From an uncultured Nitrososphaerales archaeon (GTDB taxonomy: Archaea > Thermoproteota > Nitrososphaeria > Nitrososphaerales > Gagatemarchaeaceae), in NCBI GenBank assembly GCA_963706445.1, contig OY970160.1, forward strand, positions 1,344,001 to 1,408,000: DNA of 64,000 bases. Direction: 5' to 3'. The position numbers were made by a program, and so were the translations under genes. Position 1 is the stretch's first letter. Each line of letters starts with the position of its first letter. The notes under the pieces are model-generated. The model worked only from the letters and a program-made list of their open reading frames with translations, made no database searches and was not told where the DNA came from. Positions 55,109-64,000 of the stretch are shown piece by piece.

Positions 55109-56690
55109 TTTCTCCTGCCTCACCTTCTACGGTGGTCTGCTCGGCCTCGACCGGAACTTCAGCCTCTTCTTCGGGGACCTCGCCCTCTTCGCCTATGAGC
55201 GGTTTGTAGTTCGGGAGGTCCTTCCTGCCGGCGAGCTCGGTCGAGAACTGCGCTATCAGAGGGAGGTACTTCCCGTAGATGTTTATCTTCCGTTGGACGG
55301 CCTCCATGCTCCCCTTCCTCGACAGGAAGATCCCGAGCTGCCTCAGGGCCTCCCTGGCTGCGTTGCGAATCTCTCTCTGGATCTCGGGCCTGTCGGCGAT
55401 ATACTCCTTGCCGACCGTCTTGTAGGGGATCCTTGTGGAGCAGATGTGCGTGATCACCCCGACCGGCGCGTCGGGAGGGACGTGGTATCTCCGCCAGTCA
55501 ACCTCCTCGTTGAGGACCTCGAAGCTGACGTCGCTGCTCTCGTCATAGAGCAGGGGGATGCGGTTGGCGAACCTGAAGAGCTTGACCCCCGGCTGGAGGA
55601 CCTTACCTCCGTAGGCGACTCCCACTTCGACCAGAAATGGGAACCCGGAGTAGGACGAGGGGGGCCTGGTAACTACTGTGGAGAACTCGGGGCCGAGCTC
55701 TTTGTTGATTCCCGTCATGAGGATGTCCTTCCCGATGGGGGAGAGGACCGCGGCGTCCGGCTGCAGGAAGTCGGGGAAGCGCTGGAGTGCATCTACGACA
55801 GCGACGATCTGGTTGGTGTTCAGCCTCTTCGGGGGGAGCTTCGGGCTGACCCCTGCGAACTCCAGGAACTTCGTAGCAATCTTATCCCCGACCCTGTGGA
55901 AGTGCGTCACCATGAACGACTTCATGTCGTGCTCCTCGGAGAGCTTGACTATGCGCTTGAACGCCTCCACGTCGACCCCGTAGGGGTGGGGGAGAGTCTC
56001 CTTCGGCGGGACCGGCATGGCGGTGGTCGCCCGCTCGTAGAAGGTGATCTGGCCCAGAGGGTCGACGAAGGTCAGGTTGGCGTAGCTCGCGACCATGGCT
56101 GTCTGCTTGAAGTAGTCGCCTATCTTCTGAGACGCGCGAAGGTAGTCCCCTTCGAGGACGATGTCGACCCTGGTCCCCGTGGTCCCGTTTGCGTTTGTGT
56201 TGAACCTCTTGAGGACAGTGGGCCTGTTCTCGCCTATGTCTATCATCATCTGGAAACCGTACCTGCGCTTCCCGTCAGGGGAAGTGGTGATCGTCACAGG
56301 TCTGTTGGTGGTGATCTGGCCGTAGAGTATCGCCATGGTCCCGCCGAGGCCGAACATCCCGCGCGACTGTCTGAGGACGTACTTTGAGCCGTAGAACACC
56401 TTCCCGAAGGCGCTGGGGACGTGCTGTGGTGCGACCCCCGTCCCGTTGTCGATCACGCTCAGCCTGTAGGGTTTCGGGTCGGGTACCTCGGGGTTGGGAT
56501 TGTCGGCGACGATCCTGATGTAGACGTCAGGCCTTATCCCTGCCATTTCAGCGGAGTCGAGGGAGTTCTCCACGAGCTCCCTGACCGCCATGTAGAGGGC
56601 GCGGGCAGGATTGGTGAACCCCGCCAGGTCGCGATTGCGGTAGAAGAACTCCGATGGTGAAATTTCAGCGAATGTAGTCTCGCTACTCAA
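55053..56690 (-). CDS. top6B: DNA topoisomerase VI subunit B
   Basis: GHKL motifs ELVENSLD, DNGTG, QSRGMFGLG; RFANRIPL. Confidence 0.97.
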   Translation of the reverse strand: MSSETTFAEISPSEFFYRNRDLAGFTNPARALYMAVRELVENSLDSAEMAGIRPDVYIRIVADNPNPEVPDPKPYRLSVIDNGTGVAPQHVPSAFGKVFYGSKYVLRQSRGMFGLGGTMAILYGQITTNRPVTITTSPDGKRRYGFQMMIDIGENRPTVLKRFNTNANGTTGTRVDIVLEGDYLRASQKIGDYFKQTAMVASYANLTFVDPLGQITFYERATTAMPVPPKETLPHPYGVDVEAFKRIVKLSEEHDMKSFMVTHFHRVGDKIATKFLEFAGVSPKLPPKRLNTNQIVAVVDALQRFPDFLQPDAAVLSPIGKDILMTGINKELGPEFSTVVTRPPSSYSGFPFLVEVGVAYGGKVLQPGVKLFRFANRIPLLYDESSDVSFEVLNEEVDWRRYHVPPDAPVGVITHICSTRIPYKTVGKEYIADRPEIQREIRNAAREALRQLGIFLSRKGSMEAVQRKINIYGKYLPLIAQFSTELAGRKDLPNYKPLIGEEGEVPEEEAEVPVEAEQTTVEGEAGENAKQEESDQETIDKYGGD

Positions 56691-56801
56691 TGCGCGTCCC
56701 CTCCAAATCGAAAGTCAGCGGCAAATTTCCCATTCGAATTATTTCCTTTTTGTACGGCCCGGTTCCCCGCGGCGTTGGTATCGGCGGAGAGGGGATATAT
56801 G

Positions 56802-57401
56802 CTAAGACCCCAATTTTCGTAGTTTTTCCTCGATGTTCTCCGGGGATGTGCCTTCCCAGAGGAACATCCTCTCCATTTTCCGCTTGGTCCTCGCCTTCTG
56901 GAGGGTGGTGTAGACAGTCTTGTGCTGGCTCCCGGTGGCGAGGGACCTTACGGCGTCCGACGCGAGTCTGACCTCGTCAGCCTCCCCGATGATCGCCACT
57001 GTCCTCCCGAAGATCGAGAGGTAGCAGTCGGTGAGCTCCTCTATGACCCTCCTCGATTTTCCCTTGAGCCCGATGACCCGGCCTCGGATCCTTTCGAGGG
57101 AGTTCGCACTCCTCCCTGCGTAGTCCCTCAGGTCGATGACTTCGAGGACCGTCCCGTCGTCCAGCAGGCGCCTGGCCCTCTGGGGGGAGAAGCCGCGCCC
57201 GATGGCCTCAATGACCCTGGTGGCCGAGAACGGATCGGTCTTCAGGGCCGAATCCCCTTTCACGGTGACGAGGCCTTCCTTGCTGTCGACGTTCAGCTTG
57301 ACCCCCATCTCTTCTTCGAGGAACTTCTTGGTGCCACCCTCCTTGCCTATGACCGCACCCACCCTTTCGACCGGTATCCTGACGACCTGTTCGAAGCTCA
57401 T
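56802..57401 (-). CDS. KH-domain ribosome biogenesis protein Dim2/Pno1
   Basis: Two KH motifs (VIGKEG, VIGLKGK), AIGRGF; adjacent to rio1. Confidence 0.92.
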   Translation of the reverse strand: MSFEQVVRIPVERVGAVIGKEGGTKKFLEEEMGVKLNVDSKEGLVTVKGDSALKTDPFSATRVIEAIGRGFSPQRARRLLDDGTVLEVIDLRDYAGRSANSLERIRGRVIGLKGKSRRVIEELTDCYLSIFGRTVAIIGEADEVRLASDAVRSLATGSQHKTVYTTLQKARTKRKMERMFLWEGTSPENIEEKLRKLGS

Positions 57402-58171
57402 TTCAACAACTTCTCCATGATAGAATCTGCGTCATCCCGGGTGATTCCCCGCTTCCTAAAGAACCTGACCATGTTCGAAACGTCTCTTTTCAGGAACTCC
57501 ACGGCCTGGGGGTGGGAGGATAGGACAGCAGATCCCATGTCGAATAGGACCCTCTCCGTTTCGGTCTTGAAGACGTTGAATTCAGACAGATCTGCGTGCA
57601 CCAGCTTCCCCCCCTTCCAAAGCTTCCGGATGGTTTCGAAGGTCCAATCGTAGTCCCCCTCGTCGACCTCTGCCTCTTTGAACGTAAGGGCGGGCTGGGG
57701 CGGAACCCCGATGTACTCCATGATCAGGATGTTCTTGAGGAATGCGATCGGCTTCGGCACCCGGACGCCTGCGCTGTCTGCTATCTGCAGGTTCTTGAAC
57801 TCCTTCCGAGTCCAGAGATAGATGGTCTCCCGGGAGCCCGACGGCAGCTTCCCGAACCGCCTGTCCCCGGCGATGTACCCCATCCGCTTGCGGAAATCCG
57901 AGGCCGAGATGAGGTAAATCTTGACTGCGACGGGGTTCCCCTGCCTGTCCTCCCCGAAGTAGACGCTGGCCTCCTTCCCTGAGTTGACGACCCCGTTCAG
58001 CTCTGCGAGGTCCTTCCGGGCGACTAGTTCCTCAACGGCAAGCAGGGTAGCCCGGTCGAAGACCCCCTCGATGACCTTCCTCTGGTCGGAGTCCTTCCTC
58101 AGGTATCTGTTCTCCCTATCGGATCGGAGGAGCCTTTCACTCAGCTTCCTTGAATCGTCGTCCTCGGCCAC
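57398..58171 (-). CDS. rio1: RIO1-family serine kinase
   Basis: NSGKEASVY, AVKIY, LVHADLSEFN, FDMG. Confidence 0.94.
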   Translation of the reverse strand: MAEDDDSRKLSERLLRSDRENRYLRKDSDQRKVIEGVFDRATLLAVEELVARKDLAELNGVVNSGKEASVYFGEDRQGNPVAVKIYLISASDFRKRMGYIAGDRRFGKLPSGSRETIYLWTRKEFKNLQIADSAGVRVPKPIAFLKNILIMEYIGVPPQPALTFKEAEVDEGDYDWTFETIRKLWKGGKLVHADLSEFNVFKTETERVLFDMGSAVLSSHPQAVEFLKRDVSNMVRFFRKRGITRDDADSIMEKLLK

Positions 58172-58252
58172 GCGAGGCCCAATTCTCCTGAAAATTTATA
58201 CCTATGAGGCCAACCGTGGAAAATCGTGGTCAAGGCGCAAGGAGAGAGTAGA

Positions 58253-58801
58253 ATGGAGACGAAGGGGAGCAAAGAAGTGGAGGAAAAGCCGGAGGACGAA
58301 GCGGAGGCTCTGAAACAGGAGCTTGCCGAGCTAAGGAAGCGCAACGAGGACCTGCTGACGCGTCTGAAGTACATGCAGGCAGACATGGAGAACTACAGGA
58401 AAAGGATGGACAAAGAACTCAAGGACGCGGGGGAGTCCTTGGCAAAGGGCCTGTTGGCTAGGCTGCTGGTGGTCCAGGACGAGCTCGACCTGGCGGCGAA
58501 GCACGCGGAAGAGGAGGGGCGGGAGGGCGACGCCCTGAAGGAGGGAATCGCCATGGTCAGGAGGAACCTCCAGACTGCGATGGAGTCGGTCGGGCTTGAA
58601 AGGATCGAGTCCGTCGGGAAGCCCTTCGACCCAGCGTTCCACGAAGCCGTCGAGAAGGTCCAGGGGGACTCCAAGGTGAAGGACACCGTGGTCGAGGAGA
58701 TCCGGCCCGGGTTCACGTTCAGGGGGACGCTGCTCAGACCGAGTATGGTAAAGGTTCAATTGGCATCCAAGGCGCCCAAGGAGGAGATGGAAGATGAGTA
58801 G
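58253..58801 (+). CDS. grpE: Nucleotide exchange factor GrpE
   Basis: [26 protein letters not shown]. Confidence 0.95.
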   Translation: METKGSKEVEEKPEDEAEALKQELAELRKRNEDLLTRLKYMQADMENYRKRMDKELKDAGESLAKGLLARLLVVQDELDLAAKHAEEEGREGDALKEGIAMVRRNLQTAMESVGLERIESVGKPFDPAFHEAVEKVQGDSKVKDTVVEEIRPGFTFRGTLLRPSMVKVQLASKAPKEEMEDE

Positions 58802-60650
58802 CGCGAGGGAGAAGATAATCGGGATAGACCTCGGCACCACCAACTCCGCCGCGGCCGTGGTGGAGGCGGGGAGGCCCGTGGTCATACCAAGTGCCGAGGG
58901 GGCGACGCCCGCCGGGAAGATGTTCCCGTCTGTGGTGGCGTTCACCAAGGACGGCCAGCTGCTGGTGGGAGACCCAGCCAGGAGGCAGGTGGTGACGAAC
59001 CCCGACGGGACGATATTCGAGATAAAGAGGAAGATGGGGACGGACCATCGGGTCAGCCTTAACGGCAAAGACTACTCCCCGGAGCAGTTGAGCTCCTACA
59101 TCCTCCAGAAGATCAAGCACGACGCGGAGGTCTTCCTCGGGTACCCAGTGAAGAAGGCGGTCATCACGGTCCCGGCTCACTTCAACGACAACCAGAGGCA
59201 GGCGACCAAGGACGCAGGAGAGATCGCGGGGCTCGATGTGGTACGCATCATCAACGAGCCGACTGCTGCCTCCCTCGCCTACGGGCTGGACAAGTCTGAT
59301 AAGGAGATGAAGATCCTCGTGTTCAGCTTCGGCGGAGGGACCCACGACGCGACGATAATGGAGTTCGGGAAGGGGGTCTTCCAGGTACTTGCGACCTCAG
59401 GGGATACGCAGACCGGCGGGACGGACATCGACAGGGTCATCATCCAGGTCCTCCTCGACGACTTCCGCTCGAAGACAGGCATCGATCTTTCGTCGGACAG
59501 GACGGCGATGGCCAGGCTCAAGGAGGCCGCTGAGCAGGCTAAGATCCAGCTTTCGAACCTCACTTCGACCGACGTCGACCTCCCGTTCATCGCGAGCGAC
59601 TCCGCGGGGCCGAAAAACCTCCACTACACATTGACGAGGACGAAGCTCGAGGAGGTTTCGAGGCCCATCGTATCGAAGACCGAGAACACCATCAGGAAGG
59701 TCATGAGCGACGCCAAGCTGACGCCCGACCAGGTGGACAAGGTAATACTCATCGGAGGGATGACCAGGATGCCGCTGGTACGGAAGTTCGTCGAAGATGT
59801 CGCAGGCAAGCCCGCCGAAAGGGGGGTCGACCCGATGGAGGCGGTCGCCATCGGCGCGGCCATCCAGGGGGCTGTCCTGGCGGGGGAGATCAAGGACATA
59901 CTCCTGCTTGACGTGACTCCGTTGTCGCTGGGGGTCGAGACCCTCGGGGGGATCACAGAGCACCTGATAGAGAAGAACGCCACCATCCCCACGAAGCGGA
60001 GCAAGACGTTCACGACGGCGGCGGATATGCAGACGGCCGTCACGATTCATGTGGTGCAGGGGGAGAGGAGCATGGCGGGGGACAACGTCTCTCTCGGGAT
60101 GTTCAACCTGTCAGGGATACCTGCGGCGCCGAGGGGGGTACCTCAGATTGAGGTGACCTTCGACATAGATGCCAACGGCATACTGACCGTGGGCGCCAAG
60201 GATCTGGGAACGGGGAGGGAGAACAAGATCACAATCACAGCTTCGACGAAGCTCTCTAAGGAAGAGAAGGAGAGACTCATCAAGGACGCCGACTCGTTCT
60301 CGGACCAGGACAAGAAGAAGAGGGAGGAGGCGGAGCTGAGGAACGAGGCTGACTCCATACTTTACACCAGCGAGCGGACAAGGCGGGACCTGGAAGGCAA
60401 GGTCGACAAGGCGAGCCTCGACCGAGTGGATGCGGCCGCCAAGGATCTCAGGACGGCCCTCGGAGGGCAGGACGTCACCCAAATCAGGGACAAGAACGAG
60501 GCCCTCAAGAAGGTGCTTCAGGAGGTCGGAGCATCGGTGTATCAGCAGGCACAGAAGCAGCAGGCTCCGGGTCAGGCCCCACCAGGGGGAGCAGGAGACG
60601 GGTCGAATGTCAGCGATGCTGACTATAAGGTAGTGGACGAAGGGAAGTAG
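58794..60650 (+). CDS. dnaK: Chaperone DnaK (Hsp70)
   Basis: [47 protein letters not shown]. Confidence 0.98.
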   Translation: MSSAREKIIGIDLGTTNSAAAVVEAGRPVVIPSAEGATPAGKMFPSVVAFTKDGQLLVGDPARRQVVTNPDGTIFEIKRKMGTDHRVSLNGKDYSPEQLSSYILQKIKHDAEVFLGYPVKKAVITVPAHFNDNQRQATKDAGEIAGLDVVRIINEPTAASLAYGLDKSDKEMKILVFSFGGGTHDATIMEFGKGVFQVLATSGDTQTGGTDIDRVIIQVLLDDFRSKTGIDLSSDRTAMARLKEAAEQAKIQLSNLTSTDVDLPFIASDSAGPKNLHYTLTRTKLEEVSRPIVSKTENTIRKVMSDAKLTPDQVDKVILIGGMTRMPLVRKFVEDVAGKPAERGVDPMEAVAIGAAIQGAVLAGEIKDILLLDVTPLSLGVETLGGITEHLIEKNATIPTKRSKTFTTAADMQTAVTIHVVQGERSMAGDNVSLGMFNLSGIPAAPRGVPQIEVTFDIDANGILTVGAKDLGTGRENKITITASTKLSKEEKERLIKDADSFSDQDKKKREEAELRNEADSILYTSERTRRDLEGKVDKASLDRVDAAAKDLRTALGGQDVTQIRDKNEALKKVLQEVGASVYQQAQKQQAPGQAPPGGAGDGSNVSDADYKVVDEGK

Positions 60651-60663
60651 GGAGGTCGCGGAC

Positions 60664-61734
60664 GTGGCGGCGAAGGACTACTACGAAGTACTCGGTGTGC
60701 AGAAGGGGGCCACCAAGGACCAGATCAAGGACGCATACAGGAAGCTAGCGCTCCAGTTCCACCCTGACAGGAACAAGGCCCCCGAGGCTGAGGCGAGGTT
60801 CAAGGAGATCTCAGAGGCATACGCGGTGCTCTCGGACGACGAGAAGCGGAGGCAGTATGACGTCGGGGGGAGGGAAGGGGTATACCAGAGGTACAGTCAG
60901 GAGGACATATTCCGCGGGGCAGACTTCGGGGAGTTCTTCAGGGGGATGGGAGGGTCCGGCTTCGATGACATATTCTCCCAGTTCTTCGGGGGCGGAGGAC
61001 GGGGTCCCCGGCGGGGGGAGGACCTGACCTATCACATGCAGGTCAACCTCGAAGACATCGTCCAGGAGTCGAACAGGGAGATAGAGATCCCGAGAAACGA
61101 GGTGTGCTCCACCTGCGACGGTAGCGGGGCCAGGCCGGGGACGACGCCACGGAGGTGCGAGACCTGCGGAGGGACTGGGCAGGTGCAGAAGGTCCAGTCT
61201 GCGGGGTTCGCAAGGCTGGTGAGGATAACTGCGTGCAGCAAGTGCGGGGGGAGGGGATACATGATAGACAACCCCTGCAAGGAGTGCCACGGACGGGGGA
61301 CGGTCCAGAAGACGAGGAAGATCAGCATAATGATTCCGGCCGGGGTCGAGGATGGGCACACCCTCAGGTTGAGGGGGGAAGGGAACGCCGGGGAGAGCGG
61401 GGTCCCGCCGGGGGACCTGTACCTAGTTGTGAACGTGGCCCCCCACAGGCTCTTCGCCAGGCAGGACAGCGACCTGTACCTTGAGGCAAAGGTGGGAGTG
61501 GTCCAGGCGATGCTGGGGGCGGAACTCACGGTGCCGACCCTCTACGGGGACGTCAAGTTCTCTGTCCCCCACGGGACCCAGCCTGGGACGGTCTTCAAGG
61601 TGAAGGGGAAGGGGCTCCCCAACTACGGGAGTTGGGGGAAGGGGGACCAGTACGTTAAGGTGAACGTGGATGTCCCGAAGAACCTGTCAGACCAGCAGAA
61701 GGACCTTCTCAAGAAGTTCGGGGACCAACGCTAG
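60664..61734 (+). CDS. dnaJ: Chaperone DnaJ
   Basis: J domain with HPD and four CxxCxGxG repeats. Confidence 0.98.
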   Translation: MAAKDYYEVLGVQKGATKDQIKDAYRKLALQFHPDRNKAPEAEARFKEISEAYAVLSDDEKRRQYDVGGREGVYQRYSQEDIFRGADFGEFFRGMGGSGFDDIFSQFFGGGGRGPRRGEDLTYHMQVNLEDIVQESNREIEIPRNEVCSTCDGSGARPGTTPRRCETCGGTGQVQKVQSAGFARLVRITACSKCGGRGYMIDNPCKECHGRGTVQKTRKISIMIPAGVEDGHTLRLRGEGNAGESGVPPGDLYLVVNVAPHRLFARQDSDLYLEAKVGVVQAMLGAELTVPTLYGDVKFSVPHGTQPGTVFKVKGKGLPNYGSWGKGDQYVKVNVDVPKNLSDQQKDLLKKFGDQR

Positions 61735-62042
61735 CCCGCGAACTTGTAGATCATCAGGAAAGGGATCTCTTCGATCTCGCGGATGGCTTCGGAGGCGCCC
61801 ACCTTGTTGTCGACGGCGAGGGAGACGCTCCGTGAGCCAGCCAGGTTGATGATGGAGCAGGTGCGGATGAGCCTGAGGGCCTCGCCCTTGTCTACCACCT
61901 CCCCAGAGTAGAACTCCTTCGAGAGGTGGACCTGCAGTTTGCCTTCGCTCACAGTCCTCCCCACCAGCTCCTCGTCACACATGTTCACCAGAATGGTCCC
62001 TTTGTACTCCGCAGTGCGGACGGAGAATCCCCCTTCGGCCAA
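61731..62042 (-). CDS. DUF424-family protein
   Basis: LVNMCDEELVG, EFYSG, IINLAG; conserved neighbour of aIF2 beta. Start placed at TTG 62042. Confidence 0.85.
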   Translation of the reverse strand: MAEGGFSVRTAEYKGTILVNMCDEELVGRTVSEGKLQVHLSKEFYSGEVVDKGEALRLIRTCSIINLAGSRSVSLAVDNKVGASEAIREIEEIPFLMIYKFAG

Positions 62043-62044
62043 GG

Positions 62045-62461
62045 CTACGCAACCTTTGCTACCGATCGGGCCCCACAGGCTTCGCAGACCATGAACCACA
62101 TCCGCTTTTCCTTGTCGAGATGGGTGTCAGGACTGCCGCAGACGGGACAGATGACGCCGTCCTTGAGGTACCTCTGGAGGAGCTGCGAGAACGAGTCGCG
62201 GTCCTTCCTCCCGATGAATATGGCCCGCTCTCCGTCCAGGGACGCGGCGGTGGCTAGCTCCTTCGCCAGGTACATCAGCACCCGTCCTGACTCCCTCCTC
62301 AGCAGTTTGGGGAACTCGGAGTAGTTGCGGAATATCGTCTTGTTCCCGACCCAGATGACGTCGGGCTCGGGGAGCTCGAGCCTTAGGGCTCCGGACTTCT
62401 TGGCGTCCTTGTCGAGGCCGGCCCTGGCCCTTGAAAGTAGCTCCTCGTACGATCGGGGCAT
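62045..62461 (-). CDS. eif2b: Translation initiation factor 2 subunit beta
   Basis: YEELLSRA, GNKTI..N, KELAT, zinc ribbon CPVC...CEACG. Confidence 0.95.
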   Translation of the reverse strand: MPRSYEELLSRARAGLDKDAKKSGALRLELPEPDVIWVGNKTIFRNYSEFPKLLRRESGRVLMYLAKELATAASLDGERAIFIGRKDRDSFSQLLQRYLKDGVICPVCGSPDTHLDKEKRMWFMVCEACGARSVAKVA

Positions 62462-62555
62462 GGCTGAATCCTTCGGTCATGGTATTTCAAGTCTTCTGGA
62501 ACTGAGAGTCTCCTGGCTGATTCTCGGGCCTTGAGAGAAACACCAGGTGCTTCGA

Positions 62556-63338
62556 CTACGGCCTCACTGACCTGATGTAGAATCTTCTTGCCGTAACCGT
62601 GAAGGTCCCTTTTCGGCCGATGTCCCTGTGCAACTCTCTTAACTTGTCCGAGTACGCATCGATGGTGAATCCTTCGATCTCCCAGGGGATCGCCAGCAGA
62701 TAGTACACGACGGCGCCGATGTCCTTGAACCATGCCTGAAGGAGCGCCTCCCGTCCCTCTGCCACCGAAAGGCCAGCCTCGGATATCTGGCGGCGGGCAG
62801 CTCCCAGGTCCCAAACCTCCTCGTCCTCGGAGTGCCCAAGGAACTCTTTCAGCTCAGGGTAATTGGAAGTACCGGCTTGTTGGGTTATGAAGACCCCTCC
62901 CTTTCGAAGAACTCTGTAGACCTCCGTTGCCACAAACGATTCGTGTCTGTCTATGACCATGTCCAGGGATCCCGTTCGGAAGGGGAGTGCCCCCGTCTGA
63001 GGGCTCACCGTGTTGTCGTCGGCGAGTGTCCGTACGATGTCGATGCCCAAAGGCTTCAGCCTGTCCCTGGCGACGATGGCGTTGGGAGGATATCCTTCTG
63101 TGACACATGTCTGTCGAGGCAGCGAGCCAAACGAGGAGAGTAGTTCGCCGCCTCCGGTCCCAAGGTCGAGGAGGGATTCGGCCTGCCCGAGCGCCTTTGC
63201 CACCTCCTGCCTGTAGTCCCAAGGCGGACTTTCTTCCATCAGCCTGCCTTGGAGCCATACGAAGTCCCATCCTGAGAACTTCGCGGATTGGGCGTCTCCG
63301 ACCAACCGGTTGAACTTTTCCTCTTCGCTTTCGACCAA
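62556..63338 (-). CDS. Class I SAM-dependent methyltransferase
   Basis: FSGWDF, LDLGTGGGE, TEGYPPN, DRHES. Confidence 0.88.
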   Translation of the reverse strand: MVESEEEKFNRLVGDAQSAKFSGWDFVWLQGRLMEESPPWDYRQEVAKALGQAESLLDLGTGGGELLSSFGSLPRQTCVTEGYPPNAIVARDRLKPLGIDIVRTLADDNTVSPQTGALPFRTGSLDMVIDRHESFVATEVYRVLRKGGVFITQQAGTSNYPELKEFLGHSEDEEVWDLGAARRQISEAGLSVAEGREALLQAWFKDIGAVVYYLLAIPWEIEGFTIDAYSDKLRELHRDIGRKGTFTVTARRFYIRSVRP

Positions 63339-63418
63339 ATTTCGGGCCTTGGCGCTGATTTCGGTCCTAATCTGAATTTCGTTGGAAAGATTAAATCGGA
63401 AAGTGAGGGGGGCGACAT

Positions 63419-64000
63419 GTGAAGCCGACGGCGGAAATGGGCGTTTTTGGCGGCTCGGGGTTCTACAAGTTTCTCAAGGGGGGAGAGGAGATTGCCGTCA
63501 GGACCCCCTACGGGAGGCCCAGCGGAAGGGTGACCCTCTCGGACGTCGGCGGGAAGACGGTTGCGTTCATCCCTAGGCATGGAGTACATCACGAGTACCC
63601 GCCCCACATGGTGCCCTACAGGGCGAACGTCTATGCGTTCAAGCAGCTAGGAGCGTCAAGGATCATCGCACCCAACGCCGTCGGGAGCCTGAAGGCAGGG
63701 ATAGCCCCGGGGGACATTGTCATCTGCGACCAGTTCGTGAATTTCACTACGGGGAGGAAGGACACCTACTACGACGGGCCGGAGACGACCCACGTGGGCA
63801 TGGCCCAGCCCTATTGCCCCCAGATGAGGGAGGTGGCGATCAAGGCCGCCATGAGGCTGGGGATTAAGTTCCACGAAGCAGGGACGGTGGTGGTGATACA
63901 AGGGCCGAGGTTCTCGACTACGGCCGAGAGCAGGTTCTTCTCGAAACAGGGGTGGGACGTCATCAACATGACCCAGTACCCAGAAGTAGTACTGGCAAGA
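63419..64000 (+). CDS. mtnP: S-methyl-5'-thioadenosine phosphorylase (5' part; runs off the window edge)
   Basis: Not in the ORF track. GTG 63419 gives MKPTAEMGVFGGSGFY...TPYGRPS...PRHG..H...YRAN...AVGSL...QGPRFST.AES...INMT. Confidence 0.92.
   Translation, partial: MKPTAEMGVFGGSGFYKFLKGGEEIAVRTPYGRPSGRVTLSDVGGKTVAFIPRHGVHHEYPPHMVPYRANVYAFKQLGASRIIAPNAVGSLKAGIAPGDIVICDQFVNFTTGRKDTYYDGPETTHVGMAQPYCPQMREVAIKAAMRLGIKFHEAGTVVVIQGPRFSTTAESRFFSKQGWDVINMTQYPEVVLAR

Noticed and set aside
1-64000. CRISPR arrays, rRNA genes, transposases, integrases
   Set aside because: No regularly spaced repeats, rRNA-like segments or recombinase motifs were seen by eye; small non-coding RNAs could have been missed.

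Overview
High-GC archaeal chromosome segment. Gene content and style (divergent atpK-atpC/atpI layout, complex I without NuoEFG in the window, topo VI, Rio1/Dim2, aIF1/aIF2b, dnaK-dnaJ-grpE, intron-rich tRNAs) suggest a TACK archaeon, most likely a non-ammonia-oxidising Nitrososphaerota/Thaumarchaeota; this is inference only. It carries a split complex I (nuoA-D at the left end; nuoH-I-J-K-M-L-M-N at 34.8-45.2 kb, a two-NuoM form), A-type ATPase subunits K/C/I, peptide and proline catabolism genes, lipid genes (GGR-like, polyprenyl synthase, Grs-like radical SAM, Ino1) and repair genes (PolX, stand-alone LigD phosphoesterase). Main observations: (1) citrate synthase has an N-terminal ribbon-helix-helix-like domain, and a GTATAC-centred palindrome sits in its own promoter, so it may be an enzyme that also acts as a transcription factor, translationally coupled to a CBS-domain protein next to nuoA-D; (2) a 368-aa LAGLIDADG intein sits in NuoI exactly at an Fe-S-ligating cysteine; (3) all five tRNA genes are interrupted, with 10 introns in total, 7 at non-canonical positions, and two genes have three introns each; (4) a ~3.9-kb islet bounded by a copy of the tRNA-Glu 3' end carries a bacterial-type ATP-grasp/transglutaminase/alpha-E cassette; (5) several decayed or chimeric genes lie next to tRNA 3' ends. 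All family assignments come from motif recognition by eye, not database searches.
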